Shown: positions 1-9,872 of the stretch, piece after piece
Layout: the number at the start of each line of letters is the position of its first letter
Position numbering within the stretch: the first letter of the stretch is position 1
Source of the DNA: Ignicoccus islandicus DSM 13165
GTDB lineage: Archaea > Thermoproteota > Thermoprotei_A > Sulfolobales > Ignicoccaceae
Length of the DNA: 32,000 nt
Reading direction: 5' to 3'
Assembly: GCF_001481685.1 (NCBI RefSeq)
Contig: NZ_CP006867.1
Coordinates: forward strand, 360,001 to 392,000
The notes under the pieces: generated by a model
Told to the model about the DNA's origin: nothing
The model's input: the letters and a program-made list of their open reading frames with translations, nothing else
The model's database searches: none
Made by a program: the position numbers and the translations under genes

Positions 1-56
1 TTAGAAGGCACTAACCGTTTTTAGAGACCTTTTCGATGCTATAAAGGGTCTTTAGC

Positions 57-842
57 TTGATCGAAACCGTTTTCCTCATCTTCTTAGCCCTGGCTATCGT
101 AACTCCCCTCGCGAGGAGTTCAATAAAGGTAATAAACGAGTATCAGAGAGGAGTGGTGTTTCGATTAGGTAGGTACTCGGGGATCGTTGGTCCCGGCTTA
201 GTGGTGGTAATTCCCGTAATAGATTACTTGAGAATAATTGATATGAGGGTTACTGTCGCTGACGTTCCTGAACAAAGGGCCTTAACCAAGGACAACGTAG
301 AAGTTACAGTGGACGCTGTAGTTTACTACAGGGTCGTGGATCCGGAGAAAGCCGTTACGAGCGTGGAAGATTTCCAAGAAGCAGTAAGGTTGTTAGCTCA
401 GACTACATTAAGAGAGGTAATAGGTCAAGTGGAGCTAGACGAGTTACTAAGCAAAAGGCAAGAACTGAATTTAAAGATGCAAGAAGCAATGGATGAAATT
501 ACAGAGAAATGGGGGATAAAGGTAGTTAGGGTTACAATAAAGGAAATAAAATTGCCGGAAGAGCTACTTAGAGCTATCGCTAAGCAAGCTGAAGCCGAGA
601 GGTGGAGGAGGGCCAAGATAATAGAGGCCGAAGGCGAGAAGCAAGCCTCGAGCTTACTGACGGAGGCAGCGAAGCTGTACGAAGAACACCCTGTAGCTCT
701 TAGGCTAAGGGAGCTCCAAATGCTTCTAGAAATAGCTAAGGAGAAGAACCTAATAGTAATTGAAAGGGGAGACGGAATTGGCCTACCAGTTGCCTTAGCG
801 AAGGGCGTTAGTAACCCATCTACAGAAGAAAAACGCACCTAA
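57..842 (+). CDS. SPFH/band-7 (stomatin/prohibitin family) membrane protein
   Basis: 261-aa ORF with TTG start and TAA stop. An N-terminal TM helix is followed by a stomatin-like core (INEYQRGVVFRLGRY, TKDNVEVTVDAVVYYRVVDP, LREVIGQVELDELLSKR) and an AEAE/EAEGE coiled-coil tail. Confidence 0.9.
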   Translation: MIETVFLIFLALAIVTPLARSSIKVINEYQRGVVFRLGRYSGIVGPGLVVVIPVIDYLRIIDMRVTVADVPEQRALTKDNVEVTVDAVVYYRVVDPEKAVTSVEDFQEAVRLLAQTTLREVIGQVELDELLSKRQELNLKMQEAMDEITEKWGIKVVRVTIKEIKLPEELLRAIAKQAEAERWRRAKIIEAEGEKQASSLLTEAAKLYEEHPVALRLRELQMLLEIAKEKNLIVIERGDGIGLPVALAKGVSNPSTEEKRT

Positions 843-907
843 TCAATGTAATAGAATCGATGCCTGTATTAGGTTTTCATGCCTCCGAGAGTTAGGACCT
901 ATGGATT

Positions 908-1180
908 ATGGACGCCCAACAGTACCTTTTAGGAATAGCTCTAATAAGCGTCATCGTAATACTCTTGATCTTCTCAAGCTCCGCCAAGAAAGACGAAATA
1001 GTAGGGAAGAAGGGGAGAGTAGTAAAGATCAATAAAGAAACATGGGTAGAGATTGAAGGGGAACTATGGAAGGCGCGATCAGAGGAGAAATTAAGCGAAG
1101 GAGATGAAATAGAAGTTTTAAGGAGAGTTGGCTTAACCTTAGAAGTAAAGAAAGTGGAAAAGAAGGATGACAATATATAG
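908..1180 (+). CDS. Short NfeD-like protein (TM helix plus C-terminal OB-fold), partner of the stomatin
   Basis: 90-aa ORF with ATG start. It has an N-terminal TM segment, then GRVVKINKETWVEIEGELWKARSEEKLSEGDEIEVLRRVGLTLEVKK, typical of the NfeD C-terminal domain. It lies directly beside the SPFH gene, the known stomatin-NfeD operon pairing. Confidence 0.75.
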   Translation: MDAQQYLLGIALISVIVILLIFSSSAKKDEIVGKKGRVVKINKETWVEIEGELWKARSEEKLSEGDEIEVLRRVGLTLEVKKVEKKDDNI

Positions 1181-1303
1181 AATACGAAATAACTATGATG
1201 AAGTGAGATTAGAGACGGAATACGACTTATAGAGACTAACCGGTTAGGTCTATTCTTTTTAGGGATGTTTTCGTATTTCTTTCTTGCAAAGAGGTAATAT
1301 GTA

Positions 1304-2269
1304 ATGAGAAGGCTATTTGCACTACTAGTCTTAGGTATGATCGGCTTTTCGTTGAACCTAACGTTAGTCGGAAAGGCCGAAGTTGACGGAAATCCTATAA
1401 AGGTATTTATCGGCAAGGGTTATTCTATAATAGCAACTTATCAAGGGAAAATCTACGCAACTGATCTAAGTGGTAGGGTTCTAGGAGAGTACGATTTAGG
1501 AGAAGAGATATACGGAATGGACGTAAGTGGATCCGTAGTATACGTTACGACCATGGGCTTCGTTCACGCTTTCTCCTTAAACTTAAGGCCTCTAGCAAGC
1601 ATCGAGGTAGAAGAAGGATTTTCGGGTGCAATAGATGTAATTGGACCTTTCGCAGTGTTAGCTTTCTACAACATAGGTCTATTTCACTTAGATTTGGTAA
1701 ACGAAGAGGCGAAACTCGTTTGGGGATACAAGGGACTGAACGGCGTAATGCCCTTGGCCTTAAAGATAGCGTTTAGCCCATATCAGGAACGAGCTGAAAT
1801 AATATTTGGGGATATGGAAGGTAAGCTGTATTCAGTAAACCTCAAAGGGGAAGTGCTGAACAGCGGGAATTACGGCGACGTAATACTCTCTATTGACAAT
1901 TGCGGAAACTTAATTGCCATCTCGAAGGACGGCGGTTTCCTAGTAGGTTCCGGAGAGAAGGGTAAGCTTATAGAGAAAGAGACCAAGGGACCGACTTTCG
2001 TAGCTTTCGACGACCTATGCTCGAAGCTAGCAGTCGCAGAGAACGGCAAGTTAACTATATACGACCTAAGCGGTAAGGTAATAACTCAAGAGGAAATAGG
2101 TAAACCGGTAACCCTCTCGTGGTCTAGAGGAATAATAGCCATTGCTGAGAAAGGGAAAGGGGAAGTTAAGTTCTACGTCCTGGGTACGAACGCAGAACTC
2201 CCTACAAAAGAGATAGGCGAGATTAAGGAAGTTGAAAAGGTTAACGAAACCCTTCCATCCTTAGGTTAA
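1304..2269 (+). CDS. Secreted beta-propeller repeat protein (PQQ/WD40-like), paralogue 1 of 3 in this window
   Basis: 321-aa ORF with an N-terminal signal/anchor (MRRLFALLVLGMIGFSLNL). It has repeated strand motifs of the type KIYATDLSGRVLG, GKLYSVNLKGEVL and GKLTIYDLSGKVI. It shares motifs with the ORFs at 11307..13388 and 13827..14861 (AFSP..., ..W..N/G IIAI.., VKFY/VKVY). Confidence 0.6.
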   Translation: MRRLFALLVLGMIGFSLNLTLVGKAEVDGNPIKVFIGKGYSIIATYQGKIYATDLSGRVLGEYDLGEEIYGMDVSGSVVYVTTMGFVHAFSLNLRPLASIEVEEGFSGAIDVIGPFAVLAFYNIGLFHLDLVNEEAKLVWGYKGLNGVMPLALKIAFSPYQERAEIIFGDMEGKLYSVNLKGEVLNSGNYGDVILSIDNCGNLIAISKDGGFLVGSGEKGKLIEKETKGPTFVAFDDLCSKLAVAENGKLTIYDLSGKVITQEEIGKPVTLSWSRGIIAIAEKGKGEVKFYVLGTNAELPTKEIGEIKEVEKVNETLPSLG

Positions 2270-2272
2270 TTT

Positions 2273-3889
2273 TTACCTATCCATTTCCGCTACGCACGTG
2301 TCTAAGCTTATGTACGTAGCCAAGAAGTCTTGTAACAACAAGTTCCTTCCTATGTACTTCAAGCTTAAGGTATGGATGAACACTGGCGATCTCATGTGGA
2401 CCCTCCACGGCCTCATCCTAGCCTTGGGATCCTTCGGATTGGCGACCACTAATACGCCGTTCTCCCCTCTGGCTCCTTCGTGAATTCCGTAAGCCATTCC
2501 TACTTCTCTGGGGAACGGCGGTACCCTCTTCAAATGAGTTCCTAGGTCCCCCCTAGTGGTTAAGGTCTTGAGGACTTGCCTAACTATGTTTAAGCTCTGC
2601 TTTATTTCTTCGTACCTTATCAGAACCCTATCTAAGTTATCGCCTCTGGTGCCTATAGCTCCATCGAACTCTAGCGCGTCGTAGCCCATGTAAGGTTTGT
2701 TTATTCTGTAGTCCCAAGCCACTCCAGTGCTCCTTAAGTTAGGCCCAGTCCATCCGTACTTTATAGCAGTTTCGGAACTAACCGGGCTGACTCCCTCGAG
2801 CCTCATTACTACAAGCGGGTTCTCCAAGCTCAAATCAATTAATTTCTCAAAGTGCTTCTCGAATCTAACAATAACCTTCTCTGCAATATCCCTAAATCCT
2901 TGAGGTAAGTCCCTAGCGACTCCTCCGAACCTTATGTAATTGAAGGTCATTCTCTGACCGGTCAGCATTTCTAATAAGTTAATGAACGCCTCTCTATCCC
3001 TAACGGCCCACGCGAAGCCAGTGAGCTGGTTGATGTTTTCCAAGAACGAACCTATGTAAAGTATGTGAGATTGTATTCTGCTTAGCTCAGCCGCTAGGAT
3101 TCTTAGCAAATTGGCCCTCTCGTCCACCTTGGCTCCTAGAAGCTCTTCAACAGCTAAGACGTAAGGAATTTCCCACCCTATTCCATCTACGTAGCACTGC
3201 CTATCTAAGAGAGGTATTACCTTTAAGTACTCCTTCTGCTCGAAGATCCATTCCACTCCTCTGTGAACGTAGCCGATCCTAGGTATTACGTCCCTCACTA
3301 TTTCGCCTTCCAATCCCAGTAAGAAGCCGGCCGGACCGTGGGTAGCCGGGTGCTGTGGACCAACGTGCACGTAAACTAAATCGTCTCTTAACTTGTCTTT
3401 GTCCTCGACGTCAGTGCCCTTAATCTCGTTCCAGTCAACCTTAGGTAGATTGGTGTAACCTCCGGAGTCCTTCAGTAAGGGAAACCTGTCTTTAGGGAAT
3501 AACCTCGGGTCTTCCGAGAGCAACAGCTTCCTTATCCTACCCCATCTCTTATAGTCGGGGTGGTTTAGGAAGTTCACTCCGAACATTTCATACGTTTCGT
3601 TCTCATGCCATTCTACACCCGGAAAAATATCGGCTAGGGAGGGAATCTCTCTCTTATCTCTATCTAGCTTAGTACTTAGCGCAACGGTCTTAGCGTCTGA
3701 GAGCCTGTGAAGAACGAGGAGCAACTGGACTTTCTTCTCTGCAGGCCAATCAACGGCAGTTAACATTTGCGGATACAAGTATCCGTCTTCCTTGAGCTGG
3801 TAAGCGCTCTCGTACCAACCTTGAGGTTCGACTTCCACGTAAGTTAAGTTGCTCCACTCCTTCCTATTTACCTCCCACGTTAGCTTCAT
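2273..3889 (-). CDS. nuoCD: NADH-quinone oxidoreductase fused subunit C/D
   Basis: 538 aa. The N-terminal third is NuoC-like (IFPGVEWHENETYEMFGVNF). The remainder is NuoD-like (VHVGPQHPATHGPAGF, IGYVHRGVEW, C-terminal DTCVAEMDR). A GGTGA Shine-Dalgarno-like motif lies 7 nt upstream of the ATG. The start overlaps the nuoB end by 26 nt. Confidence 0.9.
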   Translation of the reverse strand: MKLTWEVNRKEWSNLTYVEVEPQGWYESAYQLKEDGYLYPQMLTAVDWPAEKKVQLLLVLHRLSDAKTVALSTKLDRDKREIPSLADIFPGVEWHENETYEMFGVNFLNHPDYKRWGRIRKLLLSEDPRLFPKDRFPLLKDSGGYTNLPKVDWNEIKGTDVEDKDKLRDDLVYVHVGPQHPATHGPAGFLLGLEGEIVRDVIPRIGYVHRGVEWIFEQKEYLKVIPLLDRQCYVDGIGWEIPYVLAVEELLGAKVDERANLLRILAAELSRIQSHILYIGSFLENINQLTGFAWAVRDREAFINLLEMLTGQRMTFNYIRFGGVARDLPQGFRDIAEKVIVRFEKHFEKLIDLSLENPLVVMRLEGVSPVSSETAIKYGWTGPNLRSTGVAWDYRINKPYMGYDALEFDGAIGTRGDNLDRVLIRYEEIKQSLNIVRQVLKTLTTRGDLGTHLKRVPPFPREVGMAYGIHEGARGENGVLVVANPKDPKARMRPWRVHMRSPVFIHTLSLKYIGRNLLLQDFLATYISLDTCVAEMDR

Positions 3890-4514
3890 TCTCGTTCACC
3901 TCCCCAGCTTTTCTCTTACCATGGATATATCTCTTCATGGGATCTACTAGCTTCTTATTAGAACCTTCCCTATCGTTAACGGGATATTTAGTTAGCTTAG
4001 CTTCGCTCAGATCCCCTCCCCTGATTAATTCTTCCATTTTCAAGATAGACCGTATTAGAGCCTCGGGCCTGGGAGGACATCCGGCCAAGTTAACAACGTA
4101 CGTCTGTTTTCGAATCTCCTCCGGAAGGGACCTTATCAGCTCGTGAATTCCGTCTAGAACGTACTCGCTCTCCCACCAAGGCCCACCGTTTATAGCGCAC
4201 TCACCCATTACTATAACGTACCTAGGACCGGGCGTTTGCATGAATAACCTTCTCAGTCTCTCAGCTATTTTCCTATTGACGGGGCCATTGACCAATATTA
4301 CGTCTACTTGCCTAGGAGTGGCCCTCGCCAAAACGCCTATCCTCTCGAAATCGTGAAAAGCGAAACCTGCTTGCATCATTTCTATTGCGCAACACATTAT
4401 ACCTAAGTGGAGGAGCCACAGACTGTTCCTTCTGGCCCACTTAACGCCCCTTCCAATTGGTTGTATCTTCTTCAAATCCGGTCTCTTAACTAACTTAAAC
4501 GCCATGGAAATCAC
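3864..4514 (-). CDS. nuoB: NADH-quinone oxidoreductase subunit B (20 kDa, N2 Fe-S subunit)
   Basis: 216 aa. All four N2-cluster cysteine positions are present (GIMCCAIEMM, MGECAINGG, LAGCPPRPE). It has an ATGA start/stop overlap with nuoA and carries a roughly 45-aa C-terminal tail. Confidence 0.9.
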   Translation of the reverse strand: MISMAFKLVKRPDLKKIQPIGRGVKWARRNSLWLLHLGIMCCAIEMMQAGFAFHDFERIGVLARATPRQVDVILVNGPVNRKIAERLRRLFMQTPGPRYVIVMGECAINGGPWWESEYVLDGIHELIRSLPEEIRKQTYVVNLAGCPPRPEALIRSILKMEELIRGGDLSEAKLTKYPVNDREGSNKKLVDPMKRYIHGKRKAGEVNENEANVGGK

Positions 4515-4879
4515 CTCATCCAGACCATTATTCTAATCTTCCTCATCCACGCTATTCCGGCGAGTAGCGCAAAGAATAGCATACTTAATCCAATTAACGC
4601 ATTAATGGACGGATTGTTAGCTCCGACTAGCGCTAGGGCACCAGTAACTTCTGCAACGAAGAAGGCTATCAAGTAGGGGAAGAAGTTCACTGTATACCTA
4701 ACTTCCTTGGGATCACCTAAGGTAAGTTCACCGCACTCATAGGTCTCGTACTTATCGGGGTGTTCGGGGGTTGGGTCTTCAAGCAACTTGTTGATAACGA
4801 GGGAGCCGCCTTCCAAGACGGCTCCGACTGCCATTGCGGTCGCTACTGCTGTTATGGCTATAGCTCCAGGCTCGATCAT
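4511..4879 (-). CDS. nuoA: NADH-quinone oxidoreductase subunit A (ND3-like)
   Basis: 122 aa with three hydrophobic segments and a YECGE motif in the loop. It sits directly upstream of nuoB, with an ATGA overlap with the preceding gene. Confidence 0.75.
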   Translation of the reverse strand: MIEPGAIAITAVATAMAVGAVLEGGSLVINKLLEDPTPEHPDKYETYECGELTLGDPKEVRYTVNFFPYLIAFFVAEVTGALALVGANNPSINALIGLSMLFFALLAGIAWMRKIRIMVWMR

Positions 4880-6369
4880 CCCGGTACCACCCCCGTTAGA
4901 GCTAGTGGAGTTTGAGTAACCGCGGTCTTTAAGGGTCCCATTACCAGATGGGGCATGATTCCTATTATGACGCTTATTGCCAGTAAGTAGAGTATTGGAC
5001 CTATGTGGTAGAACTTAACGTCTTTTTCGAGCTTCACTGGAGGTCTAGTGAAGAGCATTCTCTGTCCATCCCATACCAAGTAGCCTGTAACGGTAGCTAT
5101 AGCTAACAGCAAGAAAGCGGCAACTATCGTTCCAGCCGAAGTTTGCTTGGCCATGCCCAAGCTCGAGGCTACCAAGCTAAGTTCAGCCGGATATCCGGAA
5201 GTACCTGGCAGTCCGAAACCGGCGAATATTGCTATCATTATTACGGTACTCATGATAGGGACAACGAAGGCGAGTCCCCTTATCTTCGGTATTTCTCTCG
5301 TATGTAGGTAATGCTTAATGACTCCGCTTAAGAGGAATAGCGCACCTACTACGAAGCTGTGTGATATCATTTCGAATACTGAACCAACGAAGCCGAGGTA
5401 AGAAGCGTTACCTATCCCCATTCCCCATATCGCCGCGCCTATTGTTGACATGCTCATGTGGCTTATACTGGTGTAAGCAACTACTCTCTTGAAGTCTACT
5501 TGAGCTATTGCAACGGTGGCAGCGTAAGCGGCTGCTAAGGCCGCCCAAATTGCTATGAACGGTAGGTACATCATTAGCATGTAGGGTACTATTCCCAAAG
5601 TTATCCTAATGAAGGCGTATCCTCCCATCTTAAGCATTAGGGATGCCAGTATCACTGAGCTCGGGCTAGGCGCCTCTACGTGAGCTGCTGGCAACCAAGT
5701 GTGGAAAGGCGGAACTGGCACCTTTATGAAGAACGCTAAGAGGGTTAGCCAAGCGAACGCCGCTTTAACCCACTCTGGAGCTACGCTTAGTCCGGCGGCG
5801 AAGTCCTTCATGTCGAAGGTGTGGGAGCCGTAGAGCCACCCTAAGGCTATGGCCACTAAGAGCATCATTCCTCCTATTTGCGTATATACGAAGAACTTGT
5901 AGGCCGCGTAGACCTTCCTCTCACCGCCCCAATAGAGTATGTGTATGAACATTGGTAGTAGAGTGAACTCCCAGAATAGGTAGAACCAGAAGAGGTTCCA
6001 CGAGGCGAATACTCCTATTAGGGCTGCCTCAGCAGTAAACATTAGCGCTAGGTAAAGTTTCGCCCTCTCTTCTATTTCCCAACTCGCTGCCCAAGCAACG
6101 GCAATGAATATCAAGCCGGTAATGGCAAGGAAGAGGGCCGATAGGGAGTCAACTCTAAAGGTTAGATCGGCGCCTATCTGATGCAAACCCGGTAGTACGT
6201 AGTTCTCGTAGTACGGCTCCTCTATGCCCCTAAGTATCGGAGATACTAGTAGTAAGGCAACAATTATCGTCAATATTATTGACGCTTGCTTAGCTCTCCT
6301 ATCGCTAACTAACATTACGCCAACGGAACTAACGAGCGATAATATTATAGCAGCAAGGAGCTCGCACAT
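4876..6369 (-). CDS. nuoM: NADH-quinone oxidoreductase antiporter-like subunit M (ND4-like)
   Basis: 497-aa polytopic membrane protein. The motif HTWLPAAHVEAPSPSSVILASLMLKMGGYAFIR matches the NuoM/ND4 signature (WLP.AHVEAP...LLK.G.YG) rather than NuoN. Confidence 0.8.
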   Translation of the reverse strand: MCELLAAIILSLVSSVGVMLVSDRRAKQASIILTIIVALLLVSPILRGIEEPYYENYVLPGLHQIGADLTFRVDSLSALFLAITGLIFIAVAWAASWEIEERAKLYLALMFTAEAALIGVFASWNLFWFYLFWEFTLLPMFIHILYWGGERKVYAAYKFFVYTQIGGMMLLVAIALGWLYGSHTFDMKDFAAGLSVAPEWVKAAFAWLTLLAFFIKVPVPPFHTWLPAAHVEAPSPSSVILASLMLKMGGYAFIRITLGIVPYMLMMYLPFIAIWAALAAAYAATVAIAQVDFKRVVAYTSISHMSMSTIGAAIWGMGIGNASYLGFVGSVFEMISHSFVVGALFLLSGVIKHYLHTREIPKIRGLAFVVPIMSTVIMIAIFAGFGLPGTSGYPAELSLVASSLGMAKQTSAGTIVAAFLLLAIATVTGYLVWDGQRMLFTRPPVKLEKDVKFYHIGPILYLLAISVIIGIMPHLVMGPLKTAVTQTPLALTGVVPG

Positions 6370-6372
6370 TTC

Positions 6373-8466
6373 TTACCACCCCACGCCTATAGTTAGAATT
6401 AACGTTATCACGATTACCAATGCTAGACCAGCCACCGAAAGGACGAGGTATAGGTTTATATCTCCCGATTGTAGACGCCATAAAGCCCTTCCAATTCTAA
6501 CTGCGGCCCTCGCCAAACCATCTATTACCTTTTCGTCCCACAAGTCCTCGTCTGCTAACCTGACGCTCACTGCCCAGCTCCAAGCATAGAACCTACCTAT
6601 AACGAAAGCAGTGTTTACTAAGAAGTTGGTGTAGGCTCTTTCTACTAGATCAGTGATCTTTGCAACTACCCTTATCCAGAAGTTGGCTACCCCATGATAT
6701 AGCTCGTGGAACCATAATTCTTTATATAGAGGATACCATATGTAATAAATGAGTTTGTTCTTAACTATTCCATAAAGCGAGTAGTAAGCTATTGGAGTTA
6801 GGAAACCTAGTATCGCTAAAGTTAGAGCCACGTTACCCAAAGGCAACTCGACTTTCTCACCGTGAGCGTGGGCGTGGTAGTGAAGGGCCTCCTCAAGCGT
6901 ATATACTATTATCGGACCGGAGACGAGTACTATGGCAGCCAATGATACTAGCGCGAACCTCATGGCGGGTCCGGCGTCGTGAACGCTCGCTTCCGGATGA
7001 CCTTCCTTCCATCTCTCGTTACCGAAGAAGGTTAAGTAAAGCAATCTACCGCTATAAAATCCAGTTAGACCAGCAGCCACTGTTAACAAGATACCGACTA
7101 TGGTTGAATGGGGAACTGGGCTGTGCAATGAGCTCTCAATTATCAGTTCCTTCGACCACCATCCCGCGAACGGCGGTATGCCTACTAGGCTCAGTAAGGC
7201 TATCAAGGTTGTAAAGAAGGTCACCTTCATGTATTTCCATAGACCACCCATGTTGAACATGTCCCTAGATTCGTAGGGATCGTGAAGGACGTGCTCTAAT
7301 GCGTGAATAACGGCGCCTGCCCCTAGGAAGAGGAGCGCCTTGAAGAAGGCATGTATGTATAGGTGAGCTGCGCCGGCCAGCAAGCTTCCGAGGCCTAGGG
7401 CAGCGAACATGTAGCCGAGTTGGCTCATGGTTGAGAATGCTATTACTTTCTTTATATCTCTGGCAGCTGAACCGAAGAGTCCGGCCACGAAAGCGGTAAT
7501 GGCACCTATTAGAGCGATCGCGTCCATTAAGCTCAGGTTGTAAATTACGTAGGACTCGTAAAGCGGGAAGAGTCTAGCTATGAGGTAAGCTCCGGCAGCA
7601 ACCATAGTAGCCGAGTGAAGAACTGCCGAAACGGTAGTTGGGCCCTCCATTGCATCTGAGAGCCAAGGGTGGAAGGGCATTTGAGCGCTCTTTCCTAACG
7701 CTCCTATGCTCACGCCAACGAGAATAGCAGTTAAAGCGACTGCCCCGAATAGCTTCTGATGAGTAAGTTCTATACTATGGGAAATTTGGAGAACGTTGCC
7801 CGTTCCGGCTAACGCAATTAAGGCCCCAACGCCAGCTAGGAAGAACACGTCCGCCGTCCTAGTAACCAATATGGCCTTCCTTCCAGCTCTAACTGCGTTA
7901 GGACCGACCTTGGGGTGGTACCAGTAGTACGAAATAAGAAGGAACGAGGCCGCTCCTACGAGCTCCCAGAACAGCAATATCAAGATGAGGTTTGAAGATA
8001 ACACTATTCCTTCCATAGAGGCCAAGAAGAGAAGCATTTCGCTGTAGTACCTATGAGGTCCCCTGGCGCCTTCCATGTATTCCCAACTATAGACCAAATC
8101 GAGGAACGTTATGATTGCAACGACCAAAGCCATGATGGAAGATATAGTATCTATTAGTAAGCTGAAGTAATTCTCGTGATGACCCACTGGGTACCACGGA
8201 TAGTACTTCACTTCCAGCTCGTTACCTATGCCTACCGCAGCGAGCGCGATAGCTGCCAAGAGCGTTATTCCAGCTCCTAGGACTCCGAGGGACCACTCCC
8301 ACCAGTCCTCCCTCTCGCCGGCCCAAGAGGGCTTCACGCGCTTAATTCTATTTTTGTATAAAGGCGTTAAGAGGACTACTATACTCAGCAGTAACGGTAG
8401 GGCTATCGGAACTATCGCTACTGGAGGTACCCACCAAGGAACGGGAGAGTGGGTGATGGTCTCCAC
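6373..8466 (-). CDS. nuoL: NADH-quinone oxidoreductase antiporter-like subunit L (ND5-like)
   Basis: 697-aa polytopic membrane protein with GTG start. It has the LLFWELVGAASFLLISYYW and PFHPWLSDAMEGPTTVSAVLHSATMVAAG motifs and a long C-terminal extension consistent with the NuoL lateral helix plus final TM. Confidence 0.85.
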   Translation of the reverse strand: METITHSPVPWWVPPVAIVPIALPLLLSIVVLLTPLYKNRIKRVKPSWAGEREDWWEWSLGVLGAGITLLAAIALAAVGIGNELEVKYYPWYPVGHHENYFSLLIDTISSIMALVVAIITFLDLVYSWEYMEGARGPHRYYSEMLLFLASMEGIVLSSNLILILLFWELVGAASFLLISYYWYHPKVGPNAVRAGRKAILVTRTADVFFLAGVGALIALAGTGNVLQISHSIELTHQKLFGAVALTAILVGVSIGALGKSAQMPFHPWLSDAMEGPTTVSAVLHSATMVAAGAYLIARLFPLYESYVIYNLSLMDAIALIGAITAFVAGLFGSAARDIKKVIAFSTMSQLGYMFAALGLGSLLAGAAHLYIHAFFKALLFLGAGAVIHALEHVLHDPYESRDMFNMGGLWKYMKVTFFTTLIALLSLVGIPPFAGWWSKELIIESSLHSPVPHSTIVGILLTVAAGLTGFYSGRLLYLTFFGNERWKEGHPEASVHDAGPAMRFALVSLAAIVLVSGPIIVYTLEEALHYHAHAHGEKVELPLGNVALTLAILGFLTPIAYYSLYGIVKNKLIYYIWYPLYKELWFHELYHGVANFWIRVVAKITDLVERAYTNFLVNTAFVIGRFYAWSWAVSVRLADEDLWDEKVIDGLARAAVRIGRALWRLQSGDINLYLVLSVAGLALVIVITLILTIGVGW

Positions 8467-8524
8467 TTTAGCACCCTTCCAGAAAAAGAGGGCCGATTGA
8501 TAAAAGGACTACGCGTTCTGATCA

Positions 8525-9781
8525 TTAGGTCAGGCGGGCTCTTAGAAGCAGGCCCGGAGTATAAATTGACCCAACCCATCTACCTTCCTTACCTGTATCG
8601 AGAAGTCCTTCGTTTAGGAGATCTAGTACGTTAGCGCTTAGGACCGCTTCCACGTGTTCGCCCTCGTAGAACGCAGGTGAGAGGACTACGCTCATGTAAC
8701 CCGTCTCCGGGCTCGCAGTGTGAAGTCCGGTTAGGCCTAAGACTTTAACGCCTTCTTCGCTAGCGTTACCGGCTCTAACTATTAGATTGGTGTAGGTAGG
8801 GGAAGGCTTGGAGAAGGGATCCTCTCTGAAGCCCCTGCCCTTCTCAATGCCTAATTTATAGCCCCACATTAAGTCCGCTAGGAAGCCCTTGACAACGCCT
8901 TTCTCAATAAGGGTCAAGGGCTCGCTCCTCACGCCTTCGTGATCGCATCCGTGAGAGGACGGACCTCCAGATAACCTCGGATGGTCGTCTACGCTCAACT
9001 TCTCCGAGAACGCCTTCTTACCTAGTGAAGAGGCCAACGGACTGTGACCTTTGGCTACTTCGTCTGCCATGAACATTTCGATTAAAAAGTCCAAAAGCTC
9101 CGCAGAGGCCCTTGGATCGAAGAAGAGCTCCTTCTCGCCTTCGATCCTCTTAGGCCTTATCCTTAAGGCAGCTGCCTCTTCAAAGAGCTTCGAGGTTACT
9201 TCGCTAGGTTCGGGCAACTTAGCGTGAGACGTGAAAACGTCCCATACGCTCTTACTAGTGTAGCCACCTTCCTTCTTGCTTACGCTAACGGTCATGGAGG
9301 CTTGAGTTGATCTTTCCTCAAATGCCGTGCCCTCGGTATTAGCTATAGCCCAATAAGTAGAGCCAACCGAGATAGAGGAACTTAAGGAGTAACCTTCCTT
9401 GAATTCGATGCCTTTAGCTATATCCTCCAGCTCCCCTATTCCCACGTTTTCGAGGGAGGGAGAGTAAATGCCGGCTACTTTCTGACACTTTGATGAAGGG
9501 AATCCTTCCCACCATGGTATTTCCTGAGCGAGGTTCGAAATCTTGATCGCTTCCTCGTAGAGCGAGGTAATGATCTCCTTCAAGTCCTTGGTACCGATAG
9601 TAGAGGACGCAATTCCAAGTCTCTTGTTCCTCTCAACCCTTACGCTGACTGCACCTACTACTCCGCCCTTGACACCAACTAACTTGTTGTCCTCTATTTC
9701 TATATTGTTGTTCTTTTCAATATAGATGAAAACCTCAGCGTTCTCCAATCCTTTAATTGCGCTATCGATCTCTTCTAACAA
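8525..9781 (-). CDS. TldD/PmbA-family metallopeptidase-like protein
   Basis: 418 aa with TTG start. The layout and C-terminal motifs are typical of PmbA/TldD (GHSPLASSLGKK, HGCDHEGV, PTYTNLIV.AG, VLGLTGLHTASPETG). No partner TldD/PmbA gene is adjacent. Confidence 0.8.
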   Translation of the reverse strand: MLEEIDSAIKGLENAEVFIYIEKNNNIEIEDNKLVGVKGGVVGAVSVRVERNKRLGIASSTIGTKDLKEIITSLYEEAIKISNLAQEIPWWEGFPSSKCQKVAGIYSPSLENVGIGELEDIAKGIEFKEGYSLSSSISVGSTYWAIANTEGTAFEERSTQASMTVSVSKKEGGYTSKSVWDVFTSHAKLPEPSEVTSKLFEEAAALRIRPKRIEGEKELFFDPRASAELLDFLIEMFMADEVAKGHSPLASSLGKKAFSEKLSVDDHPRLSGGPSSHGCDHEGVRSEPLTLIEKGVVKGFLADLMWGYKLGIEKGRGFREDPFSKPSPTYTNLIVRAGNASEEGVKVLGLTGLHTASPETGYMSVVLSPAFYEGEHVEAVLSANVLDLLNEGLLDTGKEGRWVGSIYTPGLLLRARLT

Positions 9782-9872
9782 ATCGCTCCTCCACTTGAAA
9801 GCTTGGTAAGGAAGATGAAGAAAGTTTTCGTGACGGCATGGGAATGTTGTTATCCAAGGGAGATTAGGGACT

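Noticed and set aside
1195-1250. Possible C/D-box sRNA: a perfect C-box-like ATGATGA at 1195..1201 in the NfeD/propeller intergenic region.
   Set aside because: No CTGA D or D' box lies at the required spacing, and there is no C' box or terminal stem.
425-8500. Antisense or shadow ORFs inside strong genes, for example 425..838(-), 892..1416(-), 2298..2483(+), 3937..4146(+), 6224..6589(+), 6792..7214(+) and 8228..8500(+).
   Set aside because: Each is fully embedded opposite a gene with clear family motifs. Their sequences are low-complexity and Ser/Leu/Arg-rich, with no motifs. The same reasoning applies to later shadow ORFs inside valS, the 830-aa gene, the PP2C-like gene, the radical SAM gene and PPS.
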